Of a stretch of 64,000 nucleotides of DNA, positions 17,886 to 27,063 are shown piece after piece; position 1 is the stretch's first letter; the number at the start of each line of letters is the position of its first letter. The notes beneath the pieces were generated by a model. The model did no database searches. It was not told where the DNA came from and saw nothing but the letters and a program-made list of their open reading frames with translations. Source of the stretch: Planctomycetota bacterium (GTDB taxonomy: Bacteria; Planctomycetota; JAJSAM01; JAJVHW01). The position numbers were made by a program, and so were the translations under genes. Where the stretch lies: NCBI GenBank assembly GCA_965248445.1, contig CBDFJG010000003.1, positions 1,184,001 to 1,248,000 on the forward strand, read 5' to 3'.

Positions 17886-19676
17886 TCAGCGACGCCCGTG
17901 CATCGCCAACTCCTCGCGGATCTGCTCGAAGAGGATGTCCTCGAGGTTGTTGCTCTTCACCTTGCCGGCCACGCCGTGCGAGGCGGCGCTGGCGGCGCTG
18001 CTGCCGTACTCGATGAAGATGAACTTGCCGCGCGTGTACTGGGCGATCTGGCGGAACACCAGCGTCCCGACGGCGTTCAGTCCGCTGGCCGCCACGCTGT
18101 GCACCTTGACGCCCTTCGCGACGGCCGCCTGCAGCGTCTCGCCGTACGGCGTGTCGCCCGCGTAGTCCATGTGCGGCTGCGCGTCGGCGATCAGGAACAC
18201 GACCTTCGCAGCGCCGGGCCGCCACTCGACGCCGGTCACCGCCTCGGCCAGCCCCTGGTTCAGAGACTCCGGTCCGTCGCCACCGCCAGCCGCGTCGACC
18301 TTGCGGAGCGCTTCGTCGAACGCCTCGACGTCGCTGGTGAACGGATGGCTCGCGGTCAGGTACTGGTCACCGATGTCGCGATACAAGACCGCGCTGTAGC
18401 GCAGGTCGAACTCGCGGTCGAGCGACCGGAGCTGCTGCGTCATCCGGAGCAGCGCCTGCTTGATGCTCGCGATCTCGTCGCTCATCGAGCCGGTCGTATC
18501 GATCAGGAGGCAGACGTCGAGCTGCAGGGGATCCGCAGCGCTCGGGGCGCCGTCGATCACCAGCTCGAATTCCTCGCCCGTGCCGTCCCAGACAGTGCGG
18601 GTACCGACCGGGGTGTCGTCGCCGGGCAGATACGCTTCTACGAGCAGCTCGCGCGGAGCGTCGCCGTCGTCCTCGTCGAACTCTGCCATGTGCGGATAGA
18701 ACGCGACGCGGCCGTCGCCGTAGGTCGTGCCGGTGAACACCACGCGGTCGGCGACCTCGTCCACGACGCTCACGATCGCGCCCGGCACGGGTGCGCCGGA
18801 CTCGTCCGTGACCGAGAGCCAGCAGCGCTCGCTCACGTCCATCTGGTGGAACAGCTCGCGAACGTCCTTCTTCTCCACCCACGTGCCGAGGAACTCGAGG
18901 TACGCCTCGTAGTCGTCGTTGTCGTCGGTGGCACCGGCCTTCAGGTCGCGCGCGGGCGGAGCGGAGGGAGCCGCACCACCGCCGCCGCCGGGGCGCCGCC
19001 TCATCACGACCGAGCTGTCGGCGCTGTCGCGCTCCTCGCCGTCGTCGCTGCCGGACTTGTCCTCGTCGTGCGAGCTCGCCACCTCCATCGCGAGAGCCTC
19101 GCGGTCGCGCAGCACGAGCACGTCGCCCCCTTCGCGCGGATCCGCCGCCGGACTGCGAGCAGGCGGCGGCACGTCGTCGCCGGACTCACCGCCGGCATCG
19201 CCCCCGCCGGTGGTCGGTCCTGAGGCGGGGTCGCTCGGTTCCCGGGAGTCGCCCGGGACCTCGCCGACAGGGCCGCGGAACGCGCCGCCGGCGCGGGGGG
19301 CGCCGCGCCCACCGCCGCGGCCGCCGAAGCTGCCCGCGGAGCCGCCGACCACACGGATCTCCGCTGTCGTGACCGGGGCGTCTTCGGTCAGCTCGTCCTT
19401 CTCGCCTTTGCTCGCCGCCTCGCGCCGCTTTGCACCGCCGTCGCCGGGTTGGAGCGTCCGCCGGACGCTCCATGGGCCGTCGACCAGTGCCTCGACCGTC
19501 CGTTCGCTCAGCACGGCCGCGAGATCGAGCTTCCCGACCTCCGTCTCCGCGACGCGGGGCACGAAGGGCTCAGGAGCCGGCGCGGGCGGCGGCGTGGGAG
19601 GCGTGCGGTCGGCGTCGGAGCAGCCGACGAGACCGGCCGCCAGCATGGCGGTGAGCGTGGGGATGACGAGGCGCAT
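17886..19676 (-). CDS. Lipoprotein with VWA domain
   Basis: Lipobox LVGC after a signal peptide; MIDAS LIDTTGSMS, GGGDGPE and ADAQPH; ATG chosen at 19676. Confidence 0.8.
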   Translation of the reverse strand: MRLVIPTLTAMLAAGLVGCSDADRTPPTPPPAPAPEPFVPRVAETEVGKLDLAAVLSERTVEALVDGPWSVRRTLQPGDGGAKRREAASKGEKDELTEDAPVTTAEIRVVGGSAGSFGGRGGGRGAPRAGGAFRGPVGEVPGDSREPSDPASGPTTGGGDAGGESGDDVPPPARSPAADPREGGDVLVLRDREALAMEVASSHDEDKSGSDDGEERDSADSSVVMRRRPGGGGGAAPSAPPARDLKAGATDDNDDYEAYLEFLGTWVEKKDVRELFHQMDVSERCWLSVTDESGAPVPGAIVSVVDEVADRVVFTGTTYGDGRVAFYPHMAEFDEDDGDAPRELLVEAYLPGDDTPVGTRTVWDGTGEEFELVIDGAPSAADPLQLDVCLLIDTTGSMSDEIASIKQALLRMTQQLRSLDREFDLRYSAVLYRDIGDQYLTASHPFTSDVEAFDEALRKVDAAGGGDGPESLNQGLAEAVTGVEWRPGAAKVVFLIADAQPHMDYAGDTPYGETLQAAVAKGVKVHSVAASGLNAVGTLVFRQIAQYTRGKFIFIEYGSSAASAASHGVAGKVKSNNLEDILFEQIREELAMHGRR

Positions 19677-19853
19677 GGGAGTCTCCTGCCTGCGGCGCGG
19701 CCGGAAACGGCCTCCGCCTACTCCAGTGGACGCAAACGTACGAGGAGAGTTCCCGTTCGACTCTCCCCGTCTCCGGGACAAGTGGAGAGACAAATCGAAA
19801 GCCGGGCCCGCAGCGCATCTGCGGACCCGGCCAGAGCCGCGGAGCCGTTCCGA

Positions 19854-21389
19854 TCAGAGGATCGTCACGAGCTCCGTGAGCGCCGGAGATGCACCCAGCG
19901 CCCTGTAGTTCATGTCACGCAGGAACTCGGCCAGTGCCGGAACCTGCTCGCGATCGCCGATTTGTCCCAGGGCCACGACCGCGAGGGCGCGGGTGAGATC
20001 CGGGAACTTCTCGCCGTTCGCGATCTCGAGGAGCGGCGTCAGAGCGCGCGAGTCGCCGATGCGACCGAGCGCCAACGCCGTGCTGCCGAGAACGTACTGG
20101 CTCTCCTCGCGAGTGCGCAGGACGTCCACCAGCAACGGAACCGCGCGGGCCTCCCCCATCAGACCGACCGACATCGCGGCCCGCAGGCGGACCTCGCGGC
20201 TGCTGTCGTTCTGGAGGAGATCGAGCACGGGCTCACGTGCCGCGTCGTCACCGATCATGCCGAGTGCGAGCGCGATCTGTCCGCGCAAGCGCTCCGATCC
20301 GACGTCGAGCGACGCGAGGAGGTCGGGCGGTGCCAGCGGGTCCTGAGCCAGCCCGAGCGACACCGCGAATGCGCCCCGCATCTTGGGAGCGCTGCCCTCC
20401 GCGTCCGTCCACGCGTCGCGTAGCGGCATGCGAAGTTCCTCGTCCGCAACGGCGCGTCCGGCATCCCGGTCTCCGCGAGCCGCAAGGCCGAGGCCGAGCG
20501 CCGCGAACGGCCGCATGATGAACGCCTTCTGTCCGTCCTCGAGCTGCTCGCGCAGCGTCGTGCGGACACGAGCACGGAGCTTGGGACCGAGGTCGGCCTC
20601 GCCCACCAGGCGGCCGAGCGACACGACGGCGAACGCACGCATCGAGTCGTCGCCGCGCTTCTCCGCCGCGGACTGCAGCGCCGCGATGGTGCGCGCGCGC
20701 TCGTCGCGCTCCGCACCCTTCGCCAGGCCGGCCAGTGCGAGGGCCGCCGAGCGGCGCATGTTCAGGCTTGCGTCAGAACCGCGCTTCGCCTTCCCGACCA
20801 GCGCACGTACCGCGGAGATCACAGCATCGGGATCCTCCGCCGTGCCCGGGCGGCCGAGCCGTCCGAGCGCGTCCACGACGAACGAACGCGAACTCTTCGG
20901 GAGCTCCGCAGCGTCCTTGCGAACGCGGCCGGTCTCGAGAGCTGCGAGCAGCGGCACGACCGCCGAGTCGTCGTCCAGGTTGCCGAGCGCGAGCAGCGCC
21001 AAGGGCACCACGTCGGTCTCCGTCTCGTCGCCCGCGAGCAGATCGACGAGTGCCTCGCGGATCTGCGACCTCGCCGGACTGTCGAGCCGGCCCAGCAGGC
21101 CGAGCGAGACCGCAGCGAACGGACGCGCACGGGAGCCCTTGTGCCCCTTGTCGCCGGCGATGCCGACCAGCGCATCGATCACTTCCTCGGAGGGTGTGCC
21201 GAGCAGGCCGAGCGCGAGCGCCGCGGACTCCTCGACGATGACGTGCGCCTTGCCGTCCTCGTTCTTGGCGAGGCGGATCAGGTCGGGGGTGACGGTCTGG
21301 TCGCCGGCCTTGGCCAGGGCCAACGTCGCGGCCGACCGGACGTCGAAGTGCAGGTCCTCGTCTGCCAGGAGCTTGCGCAGAGCAGGCAA
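19854..21389 (-). CDS. HEAT-repeat protein, probably 5'-truncated at the integrative-element junction
   Basis: Many VRSAATLALAKAG / AALALGLLG-type repeats; begins mid-repeat, with an in-frame stop about 6 codons upstream in AT-richer DNA. Confidence 0.75.
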   Translation of the reverse strand: MPALRKLLADEDLHFDVRSAATLALAKAGDQTVTPDLIRLAKNEDGKAHVIVEESAALALGLLGTPSEEVIDALVGIAGDKGHKGSRARPFAAVSLGLLGRLDSPARSQIREALVDLLAGDETETDVVPLALLALGNLDDDSAVVPLLAALETGRVRKDAAELPKSSRSFVVDALGRLGRPGTAEDPDAVISAVRALVGKAKRGSDASLNMRRSAALALAGLAKGAERDERARTIAALQSAAEKRGDDSMRAFAVVSLGRLVGEADLGPKLRARVRTTLREQLEDGQKAFIMRPFAALGLGLAARGDRDAGRAVADEELRMPLRDAWTDAEGSAPKMRGAFAVSLGLAQDPLAPPDLLASLDVGSERLRGQIALALGMIGDDAAREPVLDLLQNDSSREVRLRAAMSVGLMGEARAVPLLVDVLRTREESQYVLGSTALALGRIGDSRALTPLLEIANGEKFPDLTRALAVVALGQIGDREQVPALAEFLRDMNYRALGASPALTELVTIL

Positions 21390-21438
21390 CCACTCCGACA
21401 GTTTTCAGGCTCGAATTGGGCTGAAATCGGAAAACAGG

Positions 21439-22536
21439 ATGGGTACCGTACCCATAGTGGGACGGCAGACCAGACGCGGGTGGGGCTCGATCAAGCGCCG
21501 GAACGGGCGGCTCTACGCCCGCTTCACGCACCCACTGACCGGCAAGCGGACGATGCGCCGGCTGCGCGCACACACGCTCCGCGCCGCCGAGTCCGAGATG
21601 ATCTCGCTCCGTCACGCGCTCGAGAACGAGGACGCGCCCCCGCCGGTCGAGATGACGCTGCTCGCGTGGACGCTCGACAGCTACCTGGCGATCCTGCGCT
21701 CCCGTCTCGCGGAGGGCTCGTGCGCCAGCGCCCGCGTCCACATCGCGCGGTTCTCGAACTGGCTGGCCGAGAACGGGGATCCACCGATGTCCCGCGTGAC
21801 CGCGGCTCACGCGCAGCAGTTCTGCGCGGACCTGGCCGCCGAGGAGCTGAAGCCCGGGTACATCCAGCGACTCGTGCGAACGCTGCGCGGCACGTGGCGC
21901 GACGCCATCACGCATCGGCTCGCGGACGTCAACCCGTTCGATGGCCTTGTCCTCAAGGCGCCCGACGAGACCGAGGTCCCGTGGGTCGATCCGGCCGACC
22001 TGCGCAAGCTCCTGTTGCACGCGACTGACTTCCAGCGCCCCATCCTCACGGTCATCGCGGGTACGGGCCTCCGCTCCGGCGAGGCGCGCGCCCTGTCGTG
22101 GGATGATGTCACGCTGACCGGACAGGACCCGAACGTGTATGTGAGGAGCGGGAAGACACCCGCAGCGCGTCGTCGCGTCCCGTTGACGGACGACGCGCTC
22201 GCGGCCTTGGTCGCGCTGCACGGGCGCGCTGAGTCGCCGGAAGGGGCCGTCTTCGCACCGCGGTCCCCGTACGGCATGCTGCGAGCGCTCGGCCACGCGT
22301 GCGCGGCTGCGAAGCACGTCCGGCTGACGGTTCACCAGCTCAGGCATGTGTACGCCTCTCATCTTGTGCAAGCTGGCTGTTCCTTGCCGACAGTAGCTCG
22401 GTTGCTCGGCCACGCGGACCACGGGGTGCTGGCCCTGCGTCTGTACGGTCGCTGGGCTCCTCAGGATGCTGAGCGTCTCGCGGTGAGGGATCTGGTGGCA
22501 TTTCGGAGAGCCACTCCAGAAACGCATCCCGGCTGA
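21439..22536 (+). CDS. Phage-type tyrosine integrase
   Basis: Arm-binding N-terminus GWGSIKRRNGRLYARF; TGLRSGE, GKT, HQLRH, LLGH and LRLY catalytic set; start 21439 or 21457. Confidence 0.9.
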   Translation: MGTVPIVGRQTRRGWGSIKRRNGRLYARFTHPLTGKRTMRRLRAHTLRAAESEMISLRHALENEDAPPPVEMTLLAWTLDSYLAILRSRLAEGSCASARVHIARFSNWLAENGDPPMSRVTAAHAQQFCADLAAEELKPGYIQRLVRTLRGTWRDAITHRLADVNPFDGLVLKAPDETEVPWVDPADLRKLLLHATDFQRPILTVIAGTGLRSGEARALSWDDVTLTGQDPNVYVRSGKTPAARRRVPLTDDALAALVALHGRAESPEGAVFAPRSPYGMLRALGHACAAAKHVRLTVHQLRHVYASHLVQAGCSLPTVARLLGHADHGVLALRLYGRWAPQDAERLAVRDLVAFRRATPETHPG

Positions 22537-22681
22537 CGTAGACGTCCCCGTCGATGCGCTGGCCCGGGAAGTTGTGCGCGCGGCGCCACTCCAGGCGCAT
22601 CAGGGTGGCCTTCTTCAGGTTGACCAGCCTCTCGATCGCCGCGGCGTTCAGGATCTCCGGCAAGGTGTTAGTGAGGGTCAT
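22340..22681 (-). CDS. Putative excisionase (Xis-like HTH) convergent on the integrase
   Basis: LPEILNAAAIERLVNLKKATL....FPGQRIDGDVYVSRDAFLEWL; ATGA overlap with the upstream phage gene. Confidence 0.6.
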   Translation of the reverse strand: MTLTNTLPEILNAAAIERLVNLKKATLMRLEWRRAHNFPGQRIDGDVYVSRDAFLEWLSEMPPDPSPRDAQHPEEPSDRTDAGPAPRGPRGRATELLSARNSQLAQDERRTHA

Positions 22682-23046
22682 TCGGTCGCGCTCGTGCGGG
22701 AGAGGCGACGGAGCCACTCTGGGCTCTCGCGGTTCAGGGACCGCACTCGGATGCCCAGCCGCGTCGCATGCCGGACCTCGTTCGCGGTGCTCTCGCCGAT
22801 GTAGCCATCGACGTCCACCACGAGGATCTCGTCGGACATCGAGAGCTTGTCCAGGTGCAAGGCATCCATCTGCTCCGCTACGCCTTCCACCTCCGCCTGG
22901 TGCGACGATGCTGCGCCGTACCAATCCGGCAGCAGGTGGCACGAGAGCGCGATCTTGCCGGCCTTCTCCTCGTGCCACGCGGCGACCGCCATCACGTCGA
23001 TGAAGCGTGACGAGCCGCACAGGGTGACGATCGTGCGCCGGGTCAC
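22678..23046 (-). CDS. Phage protein of the nucleoside 2-deoxyribosyltransferase-like fold
   Basis: IVTLCGSSRF, LHLDKLSMSDEILVVDVDGYIGESTANEVRHA. Confidence 0.7.
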   Translation of the reverse strand: MTRRTIVTLCGSSRFIDVMAVAAWHEEKAGKIALSCHLLPDWYGAASSHQAEVEGVAEQMDALHLDKLSMSDEILVVDVDGYIGESTANEVRHATRLGIRVRSLNRESPEWLRRLSRTSATE

Positions 23047-23546
23047 GCCTTGCTCCCCTCCGCGGCGAGGCGCCGCTCCTCGAGCAGGTCGTACGTCGGC
23101 TTCATCGCCCCGGCGGCGGCCTTCACGAACTCGTGCAGCCCTGGGCTGTTCATAATCAGCTCCGGGTCGCTACTTGCCCAACGGGGGCCGTCCAACAGGT
23201 CCATCAGTGCAAGGGCGGTGAACTCGTGCCAGTACTCCGGGATGGGGCCGAGCGAGATGCCCGTGGGGACGTGGATGACGTGCTGCTGCCGGCTGAGCGG
23301 GTGCCATCCACATCCCGGTGGCCGGACGGTGAGAGCGCGGTCTCCGTCCATGTGCAGCGTGTGATCCTCCATGCAGCCAGTGCAGCCCCACAGCTCCTCG
23401 GGGACCGCGAGGAACCCCGAGTCCGACAGGTACGCGAACGCCTCCACTGACCCGCCCTCGAACGCGCGGGTGATGACGGCCTTCTTCCGCTCCTGGCGGT
23501 CACGGACGTCGTCCGGCGGGATGACCTTGAACTCGTGCTCGCTCAT
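23043..23546 (-). CDS. Phage hypothetical protein
   Basis: GAGGGGAG RBS and coupled overlap with the next gene; no recognised family. Confidence 0.55.
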   Translation of the reverse strand: MSEHEFKVIPPDDVRDRQERKKAVITRAFEGGSVEAFAYLSDSGFLAVPEELWGCTGCMEDHTLHMDGDRALTVRPPGCGWHPLSRQQHVIHVPTGISLGPIPEYWHEFTALALMDLLDGPRWASSDPELIMNSPGLHEFVKAAAGAMKPTYDLLEERRLAAEGSKA

Positions 23547-23617
23547 CGTGTGCTCCCCTCGAGGCACGCGCTCCGAGGCGAGGCCGTGTTGCGGCAGCGC
23601 CATTTCTGCACCGCTAG

Positions 23618-25286
23618 CCGCATCTGTTCACGAGACGTCGCGATGACGGTGCTTTCGGAGTCCACAGGGTCAGATCTTGGCCAGGCGAGGGCGGATGCTG
23701 TCGTCGTTGCCACAAGGGCAACGCGAGTGAGCGGCCGAAACGGCGCGGATTCTGCGGTGTGGGCAGACCGTAGGCCGGGCGGTGGTGTGGCGGACGGCGC
23801 GGCGGGACGTCAGGTCGGCTTCGGGGATGCCAGCAGTCGTTGCGCGCAGCGCTCGAAGACGTGCTGCCAGGGCCACGACGAGGACATCGAGACCCAGATC
23901 CGGCGCGTCGTGATCCGCACGAGCGCGCCGATCTTGAGCAGCCGCAGGCGGATCGTGCCGGCTTGCGCACGCGCCATCTCGGTGCCGGCGAGACCGATGC
24001 GTCGCAGCGCACAGGTCAGGACGTAGGCCATGGCCGACATGGCCATCCGCACGGCGTTGCCCTGCATCGTGTGCACCGACAGACGGGTGCCGAAGAGCTC
24101 GAGCTGCTGCTCCTTGATGCGATTCTCCGCCTCGCCCCGGGCGCAGTAGAGCTGCTCGTAGAGACGCTTGCTGCTCCAGCTACGAGGCGGCAGATTGGTC
24201 ACCACGAAGCGGGGATTGCGCTTGCCGCCCGGCAGGTGCTCGGCCTTGGCGACCACGCGACGCCTCTGGCTCCAGCTCCCCAGCGTGGTCCAGGCAAAGT
24301 CGCGAAAGACCCGGGCTGCTCGGCCGGTCTGCACGGCACGGGCTGCGGCCTCATCGAGCGCGTCTTCGACGTGTCGCTCAAGGCGCTCATTGCGCGCCAT
24401 GCCCAGCAGGTAGAAGTGGCCGGCGGCCTCGCACCAGGCCATCAGCTCCTCGCGGCAAAAGCCCGAGTCTGCGCGCACGAGCACCTTGGCCCGGGGCCAG
24501 CGGCGCCGCAGACGTAAGACCAGCGCACGGAGCTCGTCCACGACTCCGCGCGCGGGATCTCTGTCAGCGGTCTGGAGCCGAGCGAGCAAGAGGTGCTCGC
24601 CGCAGAAGACGTACAGCGGCAGGTAGCAGTAGTGCCCGTAGTAGCCGTGGAAGAAGCGGCCCTCCTGCCGGCCGTGCAGCCGCACGTCGGAGTGGTCCAG
24701 GTCCAGCACGAGCAGGCCCGGATCCTCCGGCCCCATGGCCTCGCAGAAGACGTCGCTGAGCACGCTGTCCACGCGCTCCTGGTCCATCTCGATCTTGGCG
24801 TAGCGCGTCTGTGCCGTGGCGCCGAGCTGCGTGGTCTCGAGCCGCGAGAGCGTCGGGTGCGTGGCCAGAGCACCCTCGCGCTTGCCGCACGCCGCGGCAA
24901 ACAGCGGGTCCTTGCCGACATGGTCGTGGTCCACCAGATCCTCGTAGCCCGCGCACAGCCCGAAGACCCGCTGACGCAGCATCTGGCCGACCGTGTGCTC
25001 GACCCGACGCGGGTCCCGGTGGTCCCCGAAGCAGCGCGCAAACCGCGAGAGCAGATCGATGCGACGATCGGTCCGCTCGAGCAGCAGCACGCCCCCGTCG
25101 CTCGTCACGGTACCGGCGTCGAAGCGCGTCACCGCGGTGCGTCCACAGATGCCCGCGAAGAGGGTCCCCTGCGGGCTACAGTCTGTCGTCATCGGGCCGG
25201 CGCTCCTGTCGGTGCAAGTACTAGCGAGTACGAGCACTTAGACAGACGACGGCCCGCTCAGATTCCCGGCTGGTGAACGATTCGGG
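23618..25286 (-). mobile_element. IS1380-family element, copy 2 (inverted relative to copy 1)
   Basis: Same ends as copy 1; CTAG on both sides (23614-17 and 25287-90). Confidence 0.95.
23810..25192 (-). CDS. IS1380-family transposase
   Basis: Nearly identical to 6919-8301. Confidence 0.94.
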   Translation of the reverse strand: MTTDCSPQGTLFAGICGRTAVTRFDAGTVTSDGGVLLLERTDRRIDLLSRFARCFGDHRDPRRVEHTVGQMLRQRVFGLCAGYEDLVDHDHVGKDPLFAAACGKREGALATHPTLSRLETTQLGATAQTRYAKIEMDQERVDSVLSDVFCEAMGPEDPGLLVLDLDHSDVRLHGRQEGRFFHGYYGHYCYLPLYVFCGEHLLLARLQTADRDPARGVVDELRALVLRLRRRWPRAKVLVRADSGFCREELMAWCEAAGHFYLLGMARNERLERHVEDALDEAAARAVQTGRAARVFRDFAWTTLGSWSQRRRVVAKAEHLPGGKRNPRFVVTNLPPRSWSSKRLYEQLYCARGEAENRIKEQQLELFGTRLSVHTMQGNAVRMAMSAMAYVLTCALRRIGLAGTEMARAQAGTIRLRLLKIGALVRITTRRIWVSMSSSWPWQHVFERCAQRLLASPKPT

Positions 25287-25579
25287 CTAGCCGGTCCGTC
25301 GCGACTCGTCTCTGTGGGTTGGCTGCGCCGACTGTTTCGGATTTCTTGGCGGGCGAGCCCGTCCAAGCCCGTTCACACGTGTAGCGGTGGACCTGCACCT
25401 GCGGTACGTCGCGAGCGGCTGTCGCGAAGGAGAGCATCTGGATGCCCGAGCCCAGCGTCTCCGCGTCTCCCGCCCCCACACGGGAACATGAACGGGAGAT
25501 GAACGAGCCCACTTGCGCAGCGCCGCCGCGGCGTGTAAGACCGTCAGCGGGGGCAGCGGGAGTGTGCGGCGCTAGCAGC

Positions 25580-25996
25580 GACGCGCGAGGAGAGCGATCA
25601 CGCTCGCTGCGGAGCTTCATGCCGCGAACACAGGTCACTCGCAGGCTCAATCTGACTCGGCGCCCAGCCTTGGGCCTCGGGCAGCTTCGCGCGTCGGCCC
25701 CAGCGGCGCGGATCACGCGCCGCCGTCCTGCTCGGGCGGCCCGCCCGCGCGTCGAGCACTGGCCGTCCCTATATACGTACCTCGGCTACTGTCTCGTGGA
25801 GCCAGCCCTGACCCTCGGGGAGCAGCTACGGCGCTGGCGGCGGGCGCAGGGCTTGTGCAGGAGCGCCGTCGCCCAACTGCTCGGCCTCGACGACTGCACC
25901 CTCTGGCGCCTCGAGGCCGGGATCACCGGAGAGCCCACGCGCAGAGTCCGTTCGACGGTGCAGTCCCTGCTCGCGCGGCCACTCCACAGGCAGTGA
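25580..25996 (+). pseudogene. Degenerate HTH remnants ending in an XRE-family HTH
   Basis: YLGY.....TLGEQLRRWRRAQGLCRSAVAQLLGLDDCTLWRLEAG; upstream RTQVTRRLNL resembles a decayed HTH. Confidence 0.5.
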
Positions 25997-26131
25997 GCCA
26001 GCGAGTTGAAGCCTCCTCGCTCGGGGCTCAGCGCAACGTGGGCAGTTGGACTTCGATTCCGCGCGCCGCCAGCCCGGGAGAGCACTTGCTCCCGAAGCAA
26101 GAGCAGCCAGGCTCGCAGTCCTGTGTTCGCC

Positions 26132-26167
26132 GTCGCATGTGTCGCATACGTCGCATGTGTCGCAGGA
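26132..26167. repeat. Four tandem 9-bp repeats GTCGCA-NNN
   Basis: gtcgcatgt gtcgcatac gtcgcatgt gtcgcagga. Confidence 0.8.
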
Positions 26168-26637
26168 GACGACTGTAGTCCTGCAACTCTAGAGCAACTC
26201 TGTGCCGTGGACGGTACGCAGCAGCGACGGAGGCGACGACCTCAACGGCTGCCGCTCACCGGGGAGGTGGTCCGACACTGGTCACGGCTCGATGATCAAT
26301 CGCCGGTTCCGTCGCTTCCACTGTTCTCGAATGAACGGGAGCCACGCCGGGAGCCTCGCCAAGAGTAACGCCAAGACGCCCGCGGCTGCCGATACGAGCG
26401 CTACGATCGTGTCGGACGTTGCCTGCCTAACCTCGACACGCGCGCTCATGGCTCGCATCGCGACCACGCCCTCGCCGCCGACGGCTCTCTCGATCGGTGT
26501 CGCCCCGAACGTGCGAATCGGTATCGGTGTCCGCGTGGGCCTGTCCTCCAGCTGCACCTCGACGCGGTACGATCCGACACTCTACCACTGGCAGGATGAC
26601 GAATTCGTGCCGCACCTCGCCAGGCCACGACAGCCAT

Positions 26638-27063
26638 TCATGCACCAACGCCCGGTTCATGCACCAACGCCCCAGGACGCAGCGAATATGCCACGGCACC
26701 GAGCAACATCATTACCAAGGCGATGATGAGACGCCCCACATAGCCGACCTCAAGCCCGCCGGTACACCCACAAGTTGCGTTGATGCCACGCGTGGCAACG
26801 AGAAAGCCCTGAAAACAGAGGAACGCACCGCCCAGGCCAATGAGCAAGAGTGACCGGAAGCGCCCCAGCCACCCTGCAAGGAAGGCAGCCCCGAGGAGAA
26901 CCTCGACCACTCCCACTGCTGCGACAGCGGACGAAACCCACGGCCAGACTGGCTCAGCACCTGCACCGCCTGGAACGAGTTTCGAGCCTGCAAGAGCGAT
27001 GAGGGCGAGGCCACACGCAACATCCACCGGGCGCCGCGACAGTGACAGTGAACGACGGATCAA
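26638..27063 (-). CDS. MauE/DoxX-like membrane protein
   Basis: Four hydrophobic segments, AGSKL, VGVVEVLLG and G.NATCGCTG motif. Confidence 0.75.
   Translation of the reverse strand: MIRRSLSLSRRPVDVACGLALIALAGSKLVPGGAGAEPVWPWVSSAVAAVGVVEVLLGAAFLAGWLGRFRSLLLIGLGGAFLCFQGFLVATRGINATCGCTGGLEVGYVGRLIIALVMMLLGAVAYSLRPGALVHEPGVGA

Noticed and set aside
20383..21438. Apparent 717-aa integrase with a long N-terminal extension
   Set aside because: The extension is the antisense shadow of the HEAT-repeat gene; integrase homology starts near 21439-21457.
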